Of a stretch of DNA of 64,000 nt, positions 53,192 through 61,863 are shown one piece after another; the stretch's first letter is position 1, and every line of letters begins with the position of its first letter. A model generated the notes under the pieces. The model was not told where the DNA came from. It ran no database searches and was given only the letters and a program-made list of their open reading frames with translations. The position numbers and the translations under genes are program-made. The DNA lies in contig JACQDQ010000194.1 in the NCBI GenBank assembly GCA_016201015.1, forward strand, positions 11,149-75,148, read 5' to 3'. Origin of the DNA: Pseudomonadota bacterium (GTDB lineage Bacteria; Pseudomonadota; Alphaproteobacteria; CACIAM-22H2).

Positions 53192-53546
53192 CCGGCGGCG
53201 CGGCCGGCCGGCACGCCTCGGTTTGCGCTGCATCAAAGGCTGAGAGGAGTTCGCAGTATGGGCCGGCAACCGGTTCAAAACATTTATGAATTGCTGCGCG
53301 TGTAGTATGGTGTATAAAGGTTAATCAGTGTCCGGGTGGCGCCGCGGGGTTTCGCCATGTTAAGGTTTTGGTAACGGGTACTGGTGTCCGATGAAGCAGC
53401 GAGCACAAGCAGTGGTAAGGCTCCGCTCGAACCAGGAACGAGACCGGGACGGACGGCCAAAATCCCGGCGCTATCGCAGGCGGTCTGCCAGGGAGGTTGA
53501 CGCTTCCGCGCCATTGCGGCGCGGCTGGATTGGGGAGACGCCCTCC

Positions 53547-55331
53547 ATGTCTCGTCGCATTCGGCTCGCGACCACCGCGATCGCGGCCTCGTTCCGCGTC
53601 GCTTCATCAATGCTTTTGGGACTGTCGATCAGCGCCGCGGCCACCGCGGGGAGCGCATGGGCACAGACCGCGGCAGCAGGGGTAGACCCGCATGCTGCGT
53701 TGCTCGCTGAGACTTCGTATCCTAGCGCGTCGCAATGCGCGGTGTGTCACCGCCAGATCTACAACGAATGGTCTTCGTCGAATCACGCCTATGCGTCGAT
53801 CTCGCCGATGTTCCACAAGTTCGAGCAGGCGATCAACGAGCTCGCCTCGGGGACGGTCGGTACGTTCTGCGTACGTTGTCACCAGGGCGCCGGCACGCAA
53901 CGCGGCGAGCCGCGCGAGAAGCCGCTGTGGGAGCGCTCGGCTGCCGCGCGCGAAGGCGTCACCTGTATCTCCTGTCATCGCGTGCAGGAGGAATACGGGC
54001 GTGCCAACGGTGAGCGGCTGATCGAGCCCGGCGATGTCTCTGCGCCTGTCTTTAACGCGCACGAATCGACCGGGCTCGGCAAGGTGATCGCCGAGAATGA
54101 TTTCTACAAGGTGGCGACGACGCCGGCCGAGCGCGGCAGCCGCATCCATCTCAGAGCGCTCAAGAATGAGCAGATCGGCAAGTCGGAATTCTGTCTGTCC
54201 TGCCATCAGGTTGCGGTCCATCCAGGCATCAAGCTCGAGGTCGTGTGGGAGCAGTACCGCGCGGCGCCGGCGGCGCAGCAGGGCGTGGTCTGCCAGGAAT
54301 GCCACATGGGCAAGGTTCCCGGTAAGCCGATGGGCTATGCCGTCGGCCCGACTGCGGTGGTCAACGGGCAGGCCGTCGAACCGAACCGCAAGCACTCCAA
54401 CCACTCATTCTACGGGCCGGGTTATCCAATCGCCCATCCGGGCATCTTTCCGCACAATCCCAAGGCCGAGAACCATTCGATCCAAGAATGGCTACGCTAT
54501 GACTATCGCGCCGGCTGGGGCAATCCCGAGTTTGAGGACAAGGTCGAGAAAAATCAGATCAAGGCGGAATTCCCACAGGAATGGGCCGACCGCGTCGACC
54601 GCGAGGAAGCCTTCGAAGTCATCCAGGAGAATCTGCAGCGGCTCGAGGAGAAGCGGAAGCTGCGTGTCGCCGTCATGGAGAATGGCTCCAAGATCGACGG
54701 ACCGTTTTTCGGCTCCACGCCCCGGCTTGGTCAATCGCTGAGTTTCACCTATCGCGTAGCGAACACGAGCACCGGCCACAACTTTCCGTCCGGCTCGCTC
54801 GGCGCTCAACCGGAAATCTGGCTGAACGTCGCGCTGACCGATCCGGCCGGCAAGACGGTGTGGGAATCCGGCTATACCGACAGCAACGGCGACATGGCCG
54901 ACCTGCACTCGCACGATGTCGCCGCCAGCCGCATCAAGCACGACGATCAGCTGTTCAACCTGCAGACCAAGTTCCTGACCACCAACGTCAAGGGCACGGA
55001 TCGCGAGATGTATCTGCCGATCAATTTCGACGTCGATCAACTGCCCTTCATACGGCCTGCAACTATACCGACGACCGTGCTCAACCATCCGCCTTTCATC
55101 CGCATGGAAGGGCGAAGCCTGCCGCCGCTGAGTTCGCGCAACGCCAATTACAGCGTGACCGGCTCGGCGCTCTCGGCGCCTGGCAAGTACCGGCTGTCGG
55201 TGCGTCTGCGGAGCCGTGCCGAGCCGATCTACTTCATGCGCTTCGTCGGGGCCACTGTCGAAATGGAGCAGGCGATGAATGAGTGGCTCATCGACATTCA
55301 TCCCTACGCCGTCGAGTTCGAGGTGAAATGA
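53547..55331 (+). CDS. pentahaem c-type cytochrome with a ~330 aa haem-free C-terminal domain
   Basis: Signal peptide plus CAVCH, CVRCH, CISCH, CLSCH, CQECH. The ORF track starts at 53391, but MSRRIRLATTAIAAS followed by a signal sequence is the likely start. Confidence 0.7.
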   Translation: MSRRIRLATTAIAASFRVASSMLLGLSISAAATAGSAWAQTAAAGVDPHAALLAETSYPSASQCAVCHRQIYNEWSSSNHAYASISPMFHKFEQAINELASGTVGTFCVRCHQGAGTQRGEPREKPLWERSAAAREGVTCISCHRVQEEYGRANGERLIEPGDVSAPVFNAHESTGLGKVIAENDFYKVATTPAERGSRIHLRALKNEQIGKSEFCLSCHQVAVHPGIKLEVVWEQYRAAPAAQQGVVCQECHMGKVPGKPMGYAVGPTAVVNGQAVEPNRKHSNHSFYGPGYPIAHPGIFPHNPKAENHSIQEWLRYDYRAGWGNPEFEDKVEKNQIKAEFPQEWADRVDREEAFEVIQENLQRLEEKRKLRVAVMENGSKIDGPFFGSTPRLGQSLSFTYRVANTSTGHNFPSGSLGAQPEIWLNVALTDPAGKTVWESGYTDSNGDMADLHSHDVAASRIKHDDQLFNLQTKFLTTNVKGTDREMYLPINFDVDQLPFIRPATIPTTVLNHPPFIRMEGRSLPPLSSRNANYSVTGSALSAPGKYRLSVRLRSRAEPIYFMRFVGATVEMEQAMNEWLIDIHPYAVEFEVK

Positions 55332-56890
55332 TTCGCAGGGGAGAAGCGGGGGGGAGCGAGAGTCGCCCCGACGCAACAGGGCGCGGAGGGCGCCATCGCG
55401 CAGGCCGATGGTTGCTGGCATGCGTCGGCGCGATCGCGCTGGCAGCCGCTGCACATGCGGCCGATCCGCCGGAGATGTCGCCCGACGTCAAGTCGATTCC
55501 TTACGATCCGAAGGTATTCAAGCAGGACCCGACCTACGACGACAAGCCGTACGATGCGCAGCGGCAGCAGGATATCTATGGTGGGAAGAAGGCGGTCGAT
55601 ACGCCGCGGCCGGTGATCGAAATCGGTCGCCCGCTCTACACCGAAGGTCCGTTTCGTCCGAGCTCGGTACTGCTTGGCGAAAAGAATCTGATCGCGCCCA
55701 GCCTGTGGCTTTACGGCGACTGGCGGACGGCGGTGGCCTACAACGACAACGGCAAGAAGGAGGATGCGCAGATCGCCACCCGCCTGAATCTTGATGTCGA
55801 TCTGAAGCTTACCGCGACCGAACGCGTCCACGCCTTCTTCCGTCCGCTTGATCAGGGCGGCCAGTTCACGCATTACTCATTTGCCGGCGACGATCGCAGT
55901 CAGGGCAAGTTCATCAAGGACGGCAATCTCGAGAACTTATTCTTCGAAGGCGATCTCGGCGCGATGGCGCAGGGACTGACCGGGGAATACAACGGCGTCG
56001 ATCTGCCCGTCGCCGCCGGCCTCATGCCGATGCTGTTCCAGAACGGCGTGTGGGTCGACGACGCGTTTACCGGATTTGCCTTCGCGATTCCGGCGCGAAA
56101 CAGCAAATTCCTCGACATCTCCAACATGGACATCACCTACTTCATGGGCCTCGACAAGGTGTCCACCGCGGCGATCAGGGATGACAAGAAACAGATCGCC
56201 GACCACAACGTGCAGCTCTATGGCGTCGCCGCGTTTGTCGAAACGCTCGAAGGTTACTTCGAAGTCGGCTACGGCTATACGCGTGGTGAGGGGATATTCG
56301 ACGAACTCAGCTATCACAACGCGACGCTCGCGTTTACCCGGCGTTACGGCGGCTTCTTGTCGAACAGCGTGCGGGGCATCTGGAATTTCGGCCAGAACCG
56401 CCGCAACAACCAGCAGCAAACCGCTGACGGCTTCATCTTGTTGGTCGAAAACTCGCTGATCACCTCGAAGCCGCTGACGCTGGTGCCATATTTCAATTTC
56501 TTTGCCGGATTCGATCGGCCGCAGTCGTTGGCGCGCGATCCGGGTGCCGGCGGCGTGCTCAAGAATACCGGCATCAACTTCGAGACCGATGGCCTGACCG
56601 GCTTTCCGAAGCTCGACGATACCGGGCAGAACACCTATGGCGGCGCGGTCGGTCTGCAGTATTTGTTCAATCTCGACCAGCAGATCGTGGTCGAGGCGGC
56701 GGGGCTCAAGGTGCGTGAAGGCAACTTCGAGGCCGGACGTCCGGCGCGCGGCGATGAATTCGCGATTGGCGTGCGCTACCAGATTCCGGTGACAAATCGT
56801 TGGATCTTCCGCGCCGACGCGATCAAGGCGTGGCGCGAGAATGACGCGGATTTCGCCGGGATCCGCGCGGAGGTTCGGCGCAAGTTCTGA
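55328..56890 (+). CDS. putative outer-membrane beta-barrel (porin-like) protein
   Basis: Signal peptide WLLACVGAIALAAAAHA, alternating amphipathic beta-strand pattern, Tyr/Gly-rich, C-terminal ...VRRKF; ATGA overlap with the pentahaem gene. Confidence 0.55.
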   Translation: MIRRGEAGGSESRPDATGRGGRHRAGRWLLACVGAIALAAAAHAADPPEMSPDVKSIPYDPKVFKQDPTYDDKPYDAQRQQDIYGGKKAVDTPRPVIEIGRPLYTEGPFRPSSVLLGEKNLIAPSLWLYGDWRTAVAYNDNGKKEDAQIATRLNLDVDLKLTATERVHAFFRPLDQGGQFTHYSFAGDDRSQGKFIKDGNLENLFFEGDLGAMAQGLTGEYNGVDLPVAAGLMPMLFQNGVWVDDAFTGFAFAIPARNSKFLDISNMDITYFMGLDKVSTAAIRDDKKQIADHNVQLYGVAAFVETLEGYFEVGYGYTRGEGIFDELSYHNATLAFTRRYGGFLSNSVRGIWNFGQNRRNNQQQTADGFILLVENSLITSKPLTLVPYFNFFAGFDRPQSLARDPGAGGVLKNTGINFETDGLTGFPKLDDTGQNTYGGAVGLQYLFNLDQQIVVEAAGLKVREGNFEAGRPARGDEFAIGVRYQIPVTNRWIFRADAIKAWRENDADFAGIRAEVRRKF

Positions 56891-56946
56891 TCGGCGCCGG
56901 CTGGTCCGATCGGGCGTATCAGATCGAAGAGGAACGGGGCGGAGCG

Positions 56947-58218
56947 GTGGATATCCTTCTGACGGTTGCTGGGGCCGCGGTCATGGTGGCGATGGCGGCC
57001 TATGTCGTGAATCTTAGCCTCATGCAGTGGCGGGTCGCCGCGTTGGCGCGCGGCCGCGTCGAGGATGAGCGGACTCTGCTCAAGGAGCGGATCGCGCAGC
57101 TCGCCTTGAAGCGGCAGTTCGAAGAGCAGCGCAACGAATTGTCGTGGAGCGGGTTCCGCAAGTTCGAAGTCGTGCGTAAGGTGCTCGAGGGCGGCGGCGT
57201 CGCCTCGATCTATATGCGCCCGCACGATGGCAAAAAGCTGCCGCCGTTCCGTCCGGGCCAGTACTTGACGTTCCGGCTTAATGTTCCCGGTCAGCGTCAA
57301 CCGGTCATCCGCTGCTATTCGCTGTCCGACAACCCGAATCCCGAGCATTTCCGCATCTCGGTGAAGAAAGTGCTGCCGCCACGCGATAAGCCGGATGTGC
57401 CGTCCGGCCTGTCGTCGACCTACTTCAACGACGTGGTGAAGGAAGGCGATATCATCGATGTGAAGGCACCGGGTGGCGGCTTCTACCTCGACACCACCAA
57501 GCCACGCCCGATCGTTCTGATCGGCGGCGGCATTGGGCTGACGCCGGTCTTTAGCATGCTCAAGGCGGTCTGCGAATCGTCGAGCAAGCAGGAGGCTTGG
57601 TTCTTCTATGGCGTGCGCAATCGCGTCGAGCATATTTGGCGCGATGAATTCTCGCGGATTGCGCGTGAAAACGAGAATGTCCGTTTGCATGTCTGCTATA
57701 GCGACCCGACGCCCGAGTGCCACGAGGGCACCGACTACCAGCATGCGGCGCGAGTGGGTGTCGATCTCCTGAAGCGGCTGCTGCCGTCGAACAACTACGA
57801 GTTCTATATCTGCGGCCCGCCGCCGATGATGGATTCGATCACCTCAGGACTCGCCGAATGGGGCGTGCCCGAGGACCGCGTCCATTTCGAGGCATTCGGA
57901 CCGGCCACGGTCAAGAAGGTCGCGAAAGCGGCGGAGGCGCCCGTGGCGGCACCCGGCGCGCCGACATTGCAGGTCCTATTCGCCAAGTCGGGGCGGACGG
58001 TTCGCTGGGACGGCCGCGCGGCATCGCTGCTCGAGCTTGCGGAGGCGAACGGCATCACGATCGATTTCGGCTGCCGTGCCGGCAATTGCGGCACATGCCT
58101 GACCGCGATCAAGAACGGCGACGTGAGCTACGTCAACCCGCCGGGTTCGATGCCGGAAAAGGGCTCGTGCCTGACCTGCGTGTCCGTACCCAAATCCGAT
58201 CTGACATTGGACGCCTGA
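56947..58218 (+). CDS. membrane-anchored ferredoxin-NAD(P) reductase family oxidoreductase with a C-terminal [2Fe-2S] ferredoxin domain
   Basis: N-terminal TM helix, FAD motif RCYSLS, NAD motif GGGIGLTP, and a C-terminal CRAGNCGTC...C plant-type ferredoxin motif; GTG start 57 nt after the beta-barrel gene. Confidence 0.8.
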   Translation: MDILLTVAGAAVMVAMAAYVVNLSLMQWRVAALARGRVEDERTLLKERIAQLALKRQFEEQRNELSWSGFRKFEVVRKVLEGGGVASIYMRPHDGKKLPPFRPGQYLTFRLNVPGQRQPVIRCYSLSDNPNPEHFRISVKKVLPPRDKPDVPSGLSSTYFNDVVKEGDIIDVKAPGGGFYLDTTKPRPIVLIGGGIGLTPVFSMLKAVCESSSKQEAWFFYGVRNRVEHIWRDEFSRIARENENVRLHVCYSDPTPECHEGTDYQHAARVGVDLLKRLLPSNNYEFYICGPPPMMDSITSGLAEWGVPEDRVHFEAFGPATVKKVAKAAEAPVAAPGAPTLQVLFAKSGRTVRWDGRAASLLELAEANGITIDFGCRAGNCGTCLTAIKNGDVSYVNPPGSMPEKGSCLTCVSVPKSDLTLDA

Positions 58219-58227
58219 CGTCCGGCC

Positions 58228-59175
58228 TTAACGAGCCGGGACAAGTTCGGCGGCGGCGGCGACAAGGGCGAGGCCGCGCGCAGCGGCATGCGCCTCGCCA
58301 TATTGCGTGGCGAGCCCGCGGGTGGCCAGTGCCGTCACGTAGAGCTTGCCGAGGGACTGCGTGCCGACCAGGGTGATCGTAGCCGGCTTCGTGCTGCCGG
58401 CCCTTGCCGCCAGGCAGGCAAGCGCCTCGTCGATTTCCGTCCCGATGACGAGACCGCTCAGATAGGAGCGTAGCGCTGTCGCCGGTACCTGCTCGAACAG
58501 ACCAAGCGTGCGTGTACTGAACAGCTTCTTCAGCAATCCGCCATGACCCGCTGAGGCTGCGTAGTCGATGCCGCGGCGAAATGCCGCCACGTCCTCCGAT
58601 TCCCCCGCCATCAGGCGACCCAGGATACTGTGTGCCGCGAGCACCGCGAAAACCTCGCCGGTCATGAACGTTGCGAACCATACGATTCGGCCATTCTCGA
58701 CGAGCACCCACTTGCTATGGGTTCCCGGGAGAACGAAGGTGGCCTGCGCGGTCGCGCTTGAGCCGCCGAGGGCGCCGACGATCTGCGTTTCTTCACCTCG
58801 CATCACGTCGGGCACGTCGTCATCGTTGCGCATGACACCCGGAACAAACCAGAGGCGGCAGCCGTTCCGGGCCGTATGCGGCACCAGGGCGTGAGCGAGG
58901 TCCTCGAGTCCGGCGGGGCAGGATACGTAAGGCGCCTCCACCCATCCCTGCCGGCTGCCGATCATGCCTGCAGCGACGGCCGGCAATGCGCCGTGCTGTG
59001 CGATCCAGGGGCCTGCAGCCTCGTTGAAGACCCGATCGAAGTCGCAGTCGGGGACGTTCAGGATACCGGATGGCCGCTCGATCCGATCGGCGATACGGCC
59101 CGACCGCGCGATGAGGTAGGCGCGAAACGAAGTCGTCCCCCAGTCTAGGGCAATCAAGACCGGTGGGTCAGACAC
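58228..59175 (-). CDS. dgoK: 2-dehydro-3-deoxygalactonokinase
   Basis: 315 aa; LIALDWGTTSFRAY N-terminus typical of DgoK. Confidence 0.8.
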   Translation of the reverse strand: MSDPPVLIALDWGTTSFRAYLIARSGRIADRIERPSGILNVPDCDFDRVFNEAAGPWIAQHGALPAVAAGMIGSRQGWVEAPYVSCPAGLEDLAHALVPHTARNGCRLWFVPGVMRNDDDVPDVMRGEETQIVGALGGSSATAQATFVLPGTHSKWVLVENGRIVWFATFMTGEVFAVLAAHSILGRLMAGESEDVAAFRRGIDYAASAGHGGLLKKLFSTRTLGLFEQVPATALRSYLSGLVIGTEIDEALACLAARAGSTKPATITLVGTQSLGKLYVTALATRGLATQYGEAHAAARGLALVAAAAELVPAR

Positions 59176-59329
59176 GCGGTGGATGGGTCACTCCAGGCAT
59201 GCTGGGGGCCGATCTAGGCGCCGTCAAAATATTTACTCGACAACAAACACCACCGCTAGCGCCCACTCAGGCGCCAACGGCGGCGTCGACACGAACCTAG
59301 CCCGAACTTTCCACCGGAAGGGGTGGCGG

Positions 59330-59599
59330 CTAGAGGCTGGCGCGAATTCCCTTGGAGGCCTTGAAGCGAACAGACTTGCTGGCGCCAATCTTGATCACTT
59401 CGCCGGTCTTCGGATTGCGTCCCTTGCGCGCGCCGCGCCTGGACACTTTGAACGTCCCAAAGCCGACGATGCCGAGACTGCCGTCCTTTTTCAGAGTCTT
59501 GACGATGCCGCCGAACAGAGCGTCAACCGTCTTCTTGGCTTTGACCGATGTGCAGCCCGCGTTCTTCTTGATGATGTCAACGAGTTCTGCCTTGCTCAT
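59330..59599 (-). CDS. hup: HU family DNA-binding protein
   Basis: MSKAELVDIIKK...GFGTFKVSRRGARKGRNPKTGE (HU arm); 89 aa. The ORF-track ORF extends upstream to 59701. Confidence 0.9.
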   Translation of the reverse strand: MSKAELVDIIKKNAGCTSVKAKKTVDALFGGIVKTLKKDGSLGIVGFGTFKVSRRGARKGRNPKTGEVIKIGASKSVRFKASKGIRASL

Positions 59600-59740
59600 A
59601 TTCTGGTTCCTCCGCGTATCGGTTCGTGCGCGCCCCGATGGGTAGGCGTCCGGCGCCGACGCATCACTGTCACTTCTGCGTCGATTCGGGCGGAATAGCA
59701 ATCAGGACGTAAGAGTTTGGGCGCTGCCGCCGGCAATCGG

Positions 59741-59947
59741 TCAGCCGTCGCTTACACGCTCATAGTCGGCGCGCCGCTCCAGCGCGGCGCAGCTGATGCT
59801 CTTGGTGCGGGTACGGTCGCGGATGCTGCGCAGCTCCGCATAGTCGACGCCGTCGCGGCCCATGAATACGCGGGCGACCTCCCAAACGACGGAGCGCGCG
59901 TCGCGAGCGATGTATCGATGACCGACCTGTATTTGCGTCGCTGCCAT
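59741..59947 (-). CDS. small hypothetical protein (68 aa)
   Basis: Very high GC3 and no overlap with other genes; no motif recognised. Confidence 0.3.
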   Translation of the reverse strand: MAATQIQVGHRYIARDARSVVWEVARVFMGRDGVDYAELRSIRDRTRTKSISCAALERRADYERVSDG

Positions 59948-60015
59948 GGCCGCCAGAAGCTAGAATGGCAGCCTTTATAGGACAGTACGGCCCAGGATAC
60001 AATTCAGCATAAATA

Positions 60016-60903
60016 CTATTTTTGCCGTGGATCCAGGGCGTCGCGCAGACCATCGCCGAGCAGGTTGAACGACAGCACGCAGGTAAAGATGGCGAGCCCC
60101 GGCCACATCGCCATCCACGGCGCTTGGTGGAGATAGTTCTTGGCGACGTTGAGCATGCTGCCCCAGCTCGGGGCCGGCGGCTGCTGTCCGAGTCCGAGGA
60201 AAGACAGGCTCGCCTCGGCGATGATCGCCGCCGCGATGGTCAGGGTCGCCTGAACCATGATCGGGGTCACGACATTTGGCAGCACGTGGCGCAGGGCGAT
60301 GCGCAGATGCGGGTTGCCTGCGGCCCGCGCCGCTTCGATGTAGTCTTCGACTTTGACCGAGAGGACCTGGGCCCGCGTCAGGCGGATGAAGATCGGCATC
60401 GCGGAGATACCGATTGCGATCATGGCGTTGGTGAGGCTGGGGCCGAGGAACGCCGCCAACGCGATTGCCAGGATCAGGAACGGGCAGGCAAGCATCGCGT
60501 CGGTCATGCGCATGAGCAGACCGTCCACCCAGCCGCCCTTATAGCCTGCGACCAGGCCGATCGGCAGGCCGAGCGCGAGCGCGATCGCGACCGAGGTGAC
60601 GCCGGCGAGCAGCGAGGCTCGAGCGCCCCAGATCACGCGCGATAACACGTCGCGGCCGATCTCGTCGGTGCCCAGCAGATACAAATCCGACGGCGGCTTG
60701 CGCACCGCCAGCCAGTTCGTCGCCGTCGGATCGTAGGGGGCAATCAGCGGCGCGAAGATTGCCGTCAGGATAAAAATCAGGAGGACGGCGCCGCCGAACA
60801 CCGCGCCCTTGCGTCGCAGCAGGCGATCGATGACCCGTTCGGTGGGCCGCAGCTCGGAGACCTGATCGAGCGCCTTTTCGGCTGCCAGGGTGGCTACGGT
60901 CAT
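60016..60903 (-). CDS. ABC transporter permease (DppC/OppC-like)
   Basis: BPD-transporter EAA-type loop and 6 TM; 295 aa. Confidence 0.9.
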   Translation of the reverse strand: MTVATLAAEKALDQVSELRPTERVIDRLLRRKGAVFGGAVLLIFILTAIFAPLIAPYDPTATNWLAVRKPPSDLYLLGTDEIGRDVLSRVIWGARASLLAGVTSVAIALALGLPIGLVAGYKGGWVDGLLMRMTDAMLACPFLILAIALAAFLGPSLTNAMIAIGISAMPIFIRLTRAQVLSVKVEDYIEAARAAGNPHLRIALRHVLPNVVTPIMVQATLTIAAAIIAEASLSFLGLGQQPPAPSWGSMLNVAKNYLHQAPWMAMWPGLAIFTCVLSFNLLGDGLRDALDPRQK

Positions 60904-61841
60904 GCGCGCATCCGTGGGTTGACGAGAAAATAGGCGATATCGGCAAGGAGATTGAGCAGGATGTAAGTGGTGGCCGTGATCAGCACGACGCCCTGGACGA
61001 CCGCGTAGTCGCGGTTGAACACCGCATCGACGATCAGTTTGCCGAAGCCGGGAATGGTGAACACCTGCTCGGTGAGCACGGCGCCCGATAGAAGCTGCCC
61101 GAACTCGAGCGCGCCGAGGGTGATCACGGGGATCAGCGCGTTGCGCAAGCCGTGGCGCAGCACGACGCGGCGCTCGCTCAGCCCCTTCGAGCGCGCCGTA
61201 CGGACGTAATCCGCGCTCAGTACGAGCAGCATGGCGCTACGCGTGTGGCGCATCATCACTGCGGCTATCGCATTGCCCAGCACGAAGGCCGGCATGATCA
61301 TCGTGCGGAAGCTTTCGCCGAAATTCTCGAACGGGCTGACGTAGCCCGAGGCAGGCAGCCAGCCGAGCTCGACGGAGAACAGCAGGATCAGCATGATGCC
61401 GAGCCAGAAATTCGGCGTCGATAGGCCCCACAACGCGATCACATTGGCCGCATAGTCCCACGGCGAATCCTTGGTCACGGCGGAGATGATGCCCATCGTG
61501 ATTCCGATCGACAGCGCGATGATGATCGCCATGCAGGCGAGCTGCATCGTCACCGGCAGTTTCTCTAGGACGAGCTCGAAGACCGGCTTCTGGATGCGGA
61601 TGGATTCGCCGAGATCGCCATGCAGCACGCCGCCGATCCACAGGAAATACTGGATGGGCAGAGGTTGATCCAAATGGTATTTCTGACGCAGGAACTCGAT
61701 GAGCTTGGGGTCGCGGTCCTCGCCCGCCATCGCCAGAGCGGGGTCGCCGGGCAGCAGTTGCTGCAGCCCGAAAATCAGAATCGAGACGAAGAAGACGGTC
61801 GGGATGATGACCGCGATTCGCCGGACCAGGAAGGCCAACAT
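60900..61841 (-). CDS. ABC transporter permease (DppB/OppB-like)
   Basis: 313 aa; MLAFLVRRIAVIIPTVFFVSILIF N-terminus typical of DppB. Confidence 0.9.
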   Translation of the reverse strand: MLAFLVRRIAVIIPTVFFVSILIFGLQQLLPGDPALAMAGEDRDPKLIEFLRQKYHLDQPLPIQYFLWIGGVLHGDLGESIRIQKPVFELVLEKLPVTMQLACMAIIIALSIGITMGIISAVTKDSPWDYAANVIALWGLSTPNFWLGIMLILLFSVELGWLPASGYVSPFENFGESFRTMIMPAFVLGNAIAAVMMRHTRSAMLLVLSADYVRTARSKGLSERRVVLRHGLRNALIPVITLGALEFGQLLSGAVLTEQVFTIPGFGKLIVDAVFNRDYAVVQGVVLITATTYILLNLLADIAYFLVNPRMRA

Positions 61842-61863
61842 CCCGCCCGCACTCCGTAGCGGC

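Noticed and set aside
53391-53546. Upstream extension (MKQRAQAVVRLRS...) of the pentahaem cytochrome ORF
   Set aside because: A 52-aa Arg-rich leader with no signal-peptide character; the internal Met at 53547 is immediately followed by a canonical signal peptide.
59183-59698. 171-aa + strand ORF
   Set aside because: Antisense to the well-conserved HU gene.
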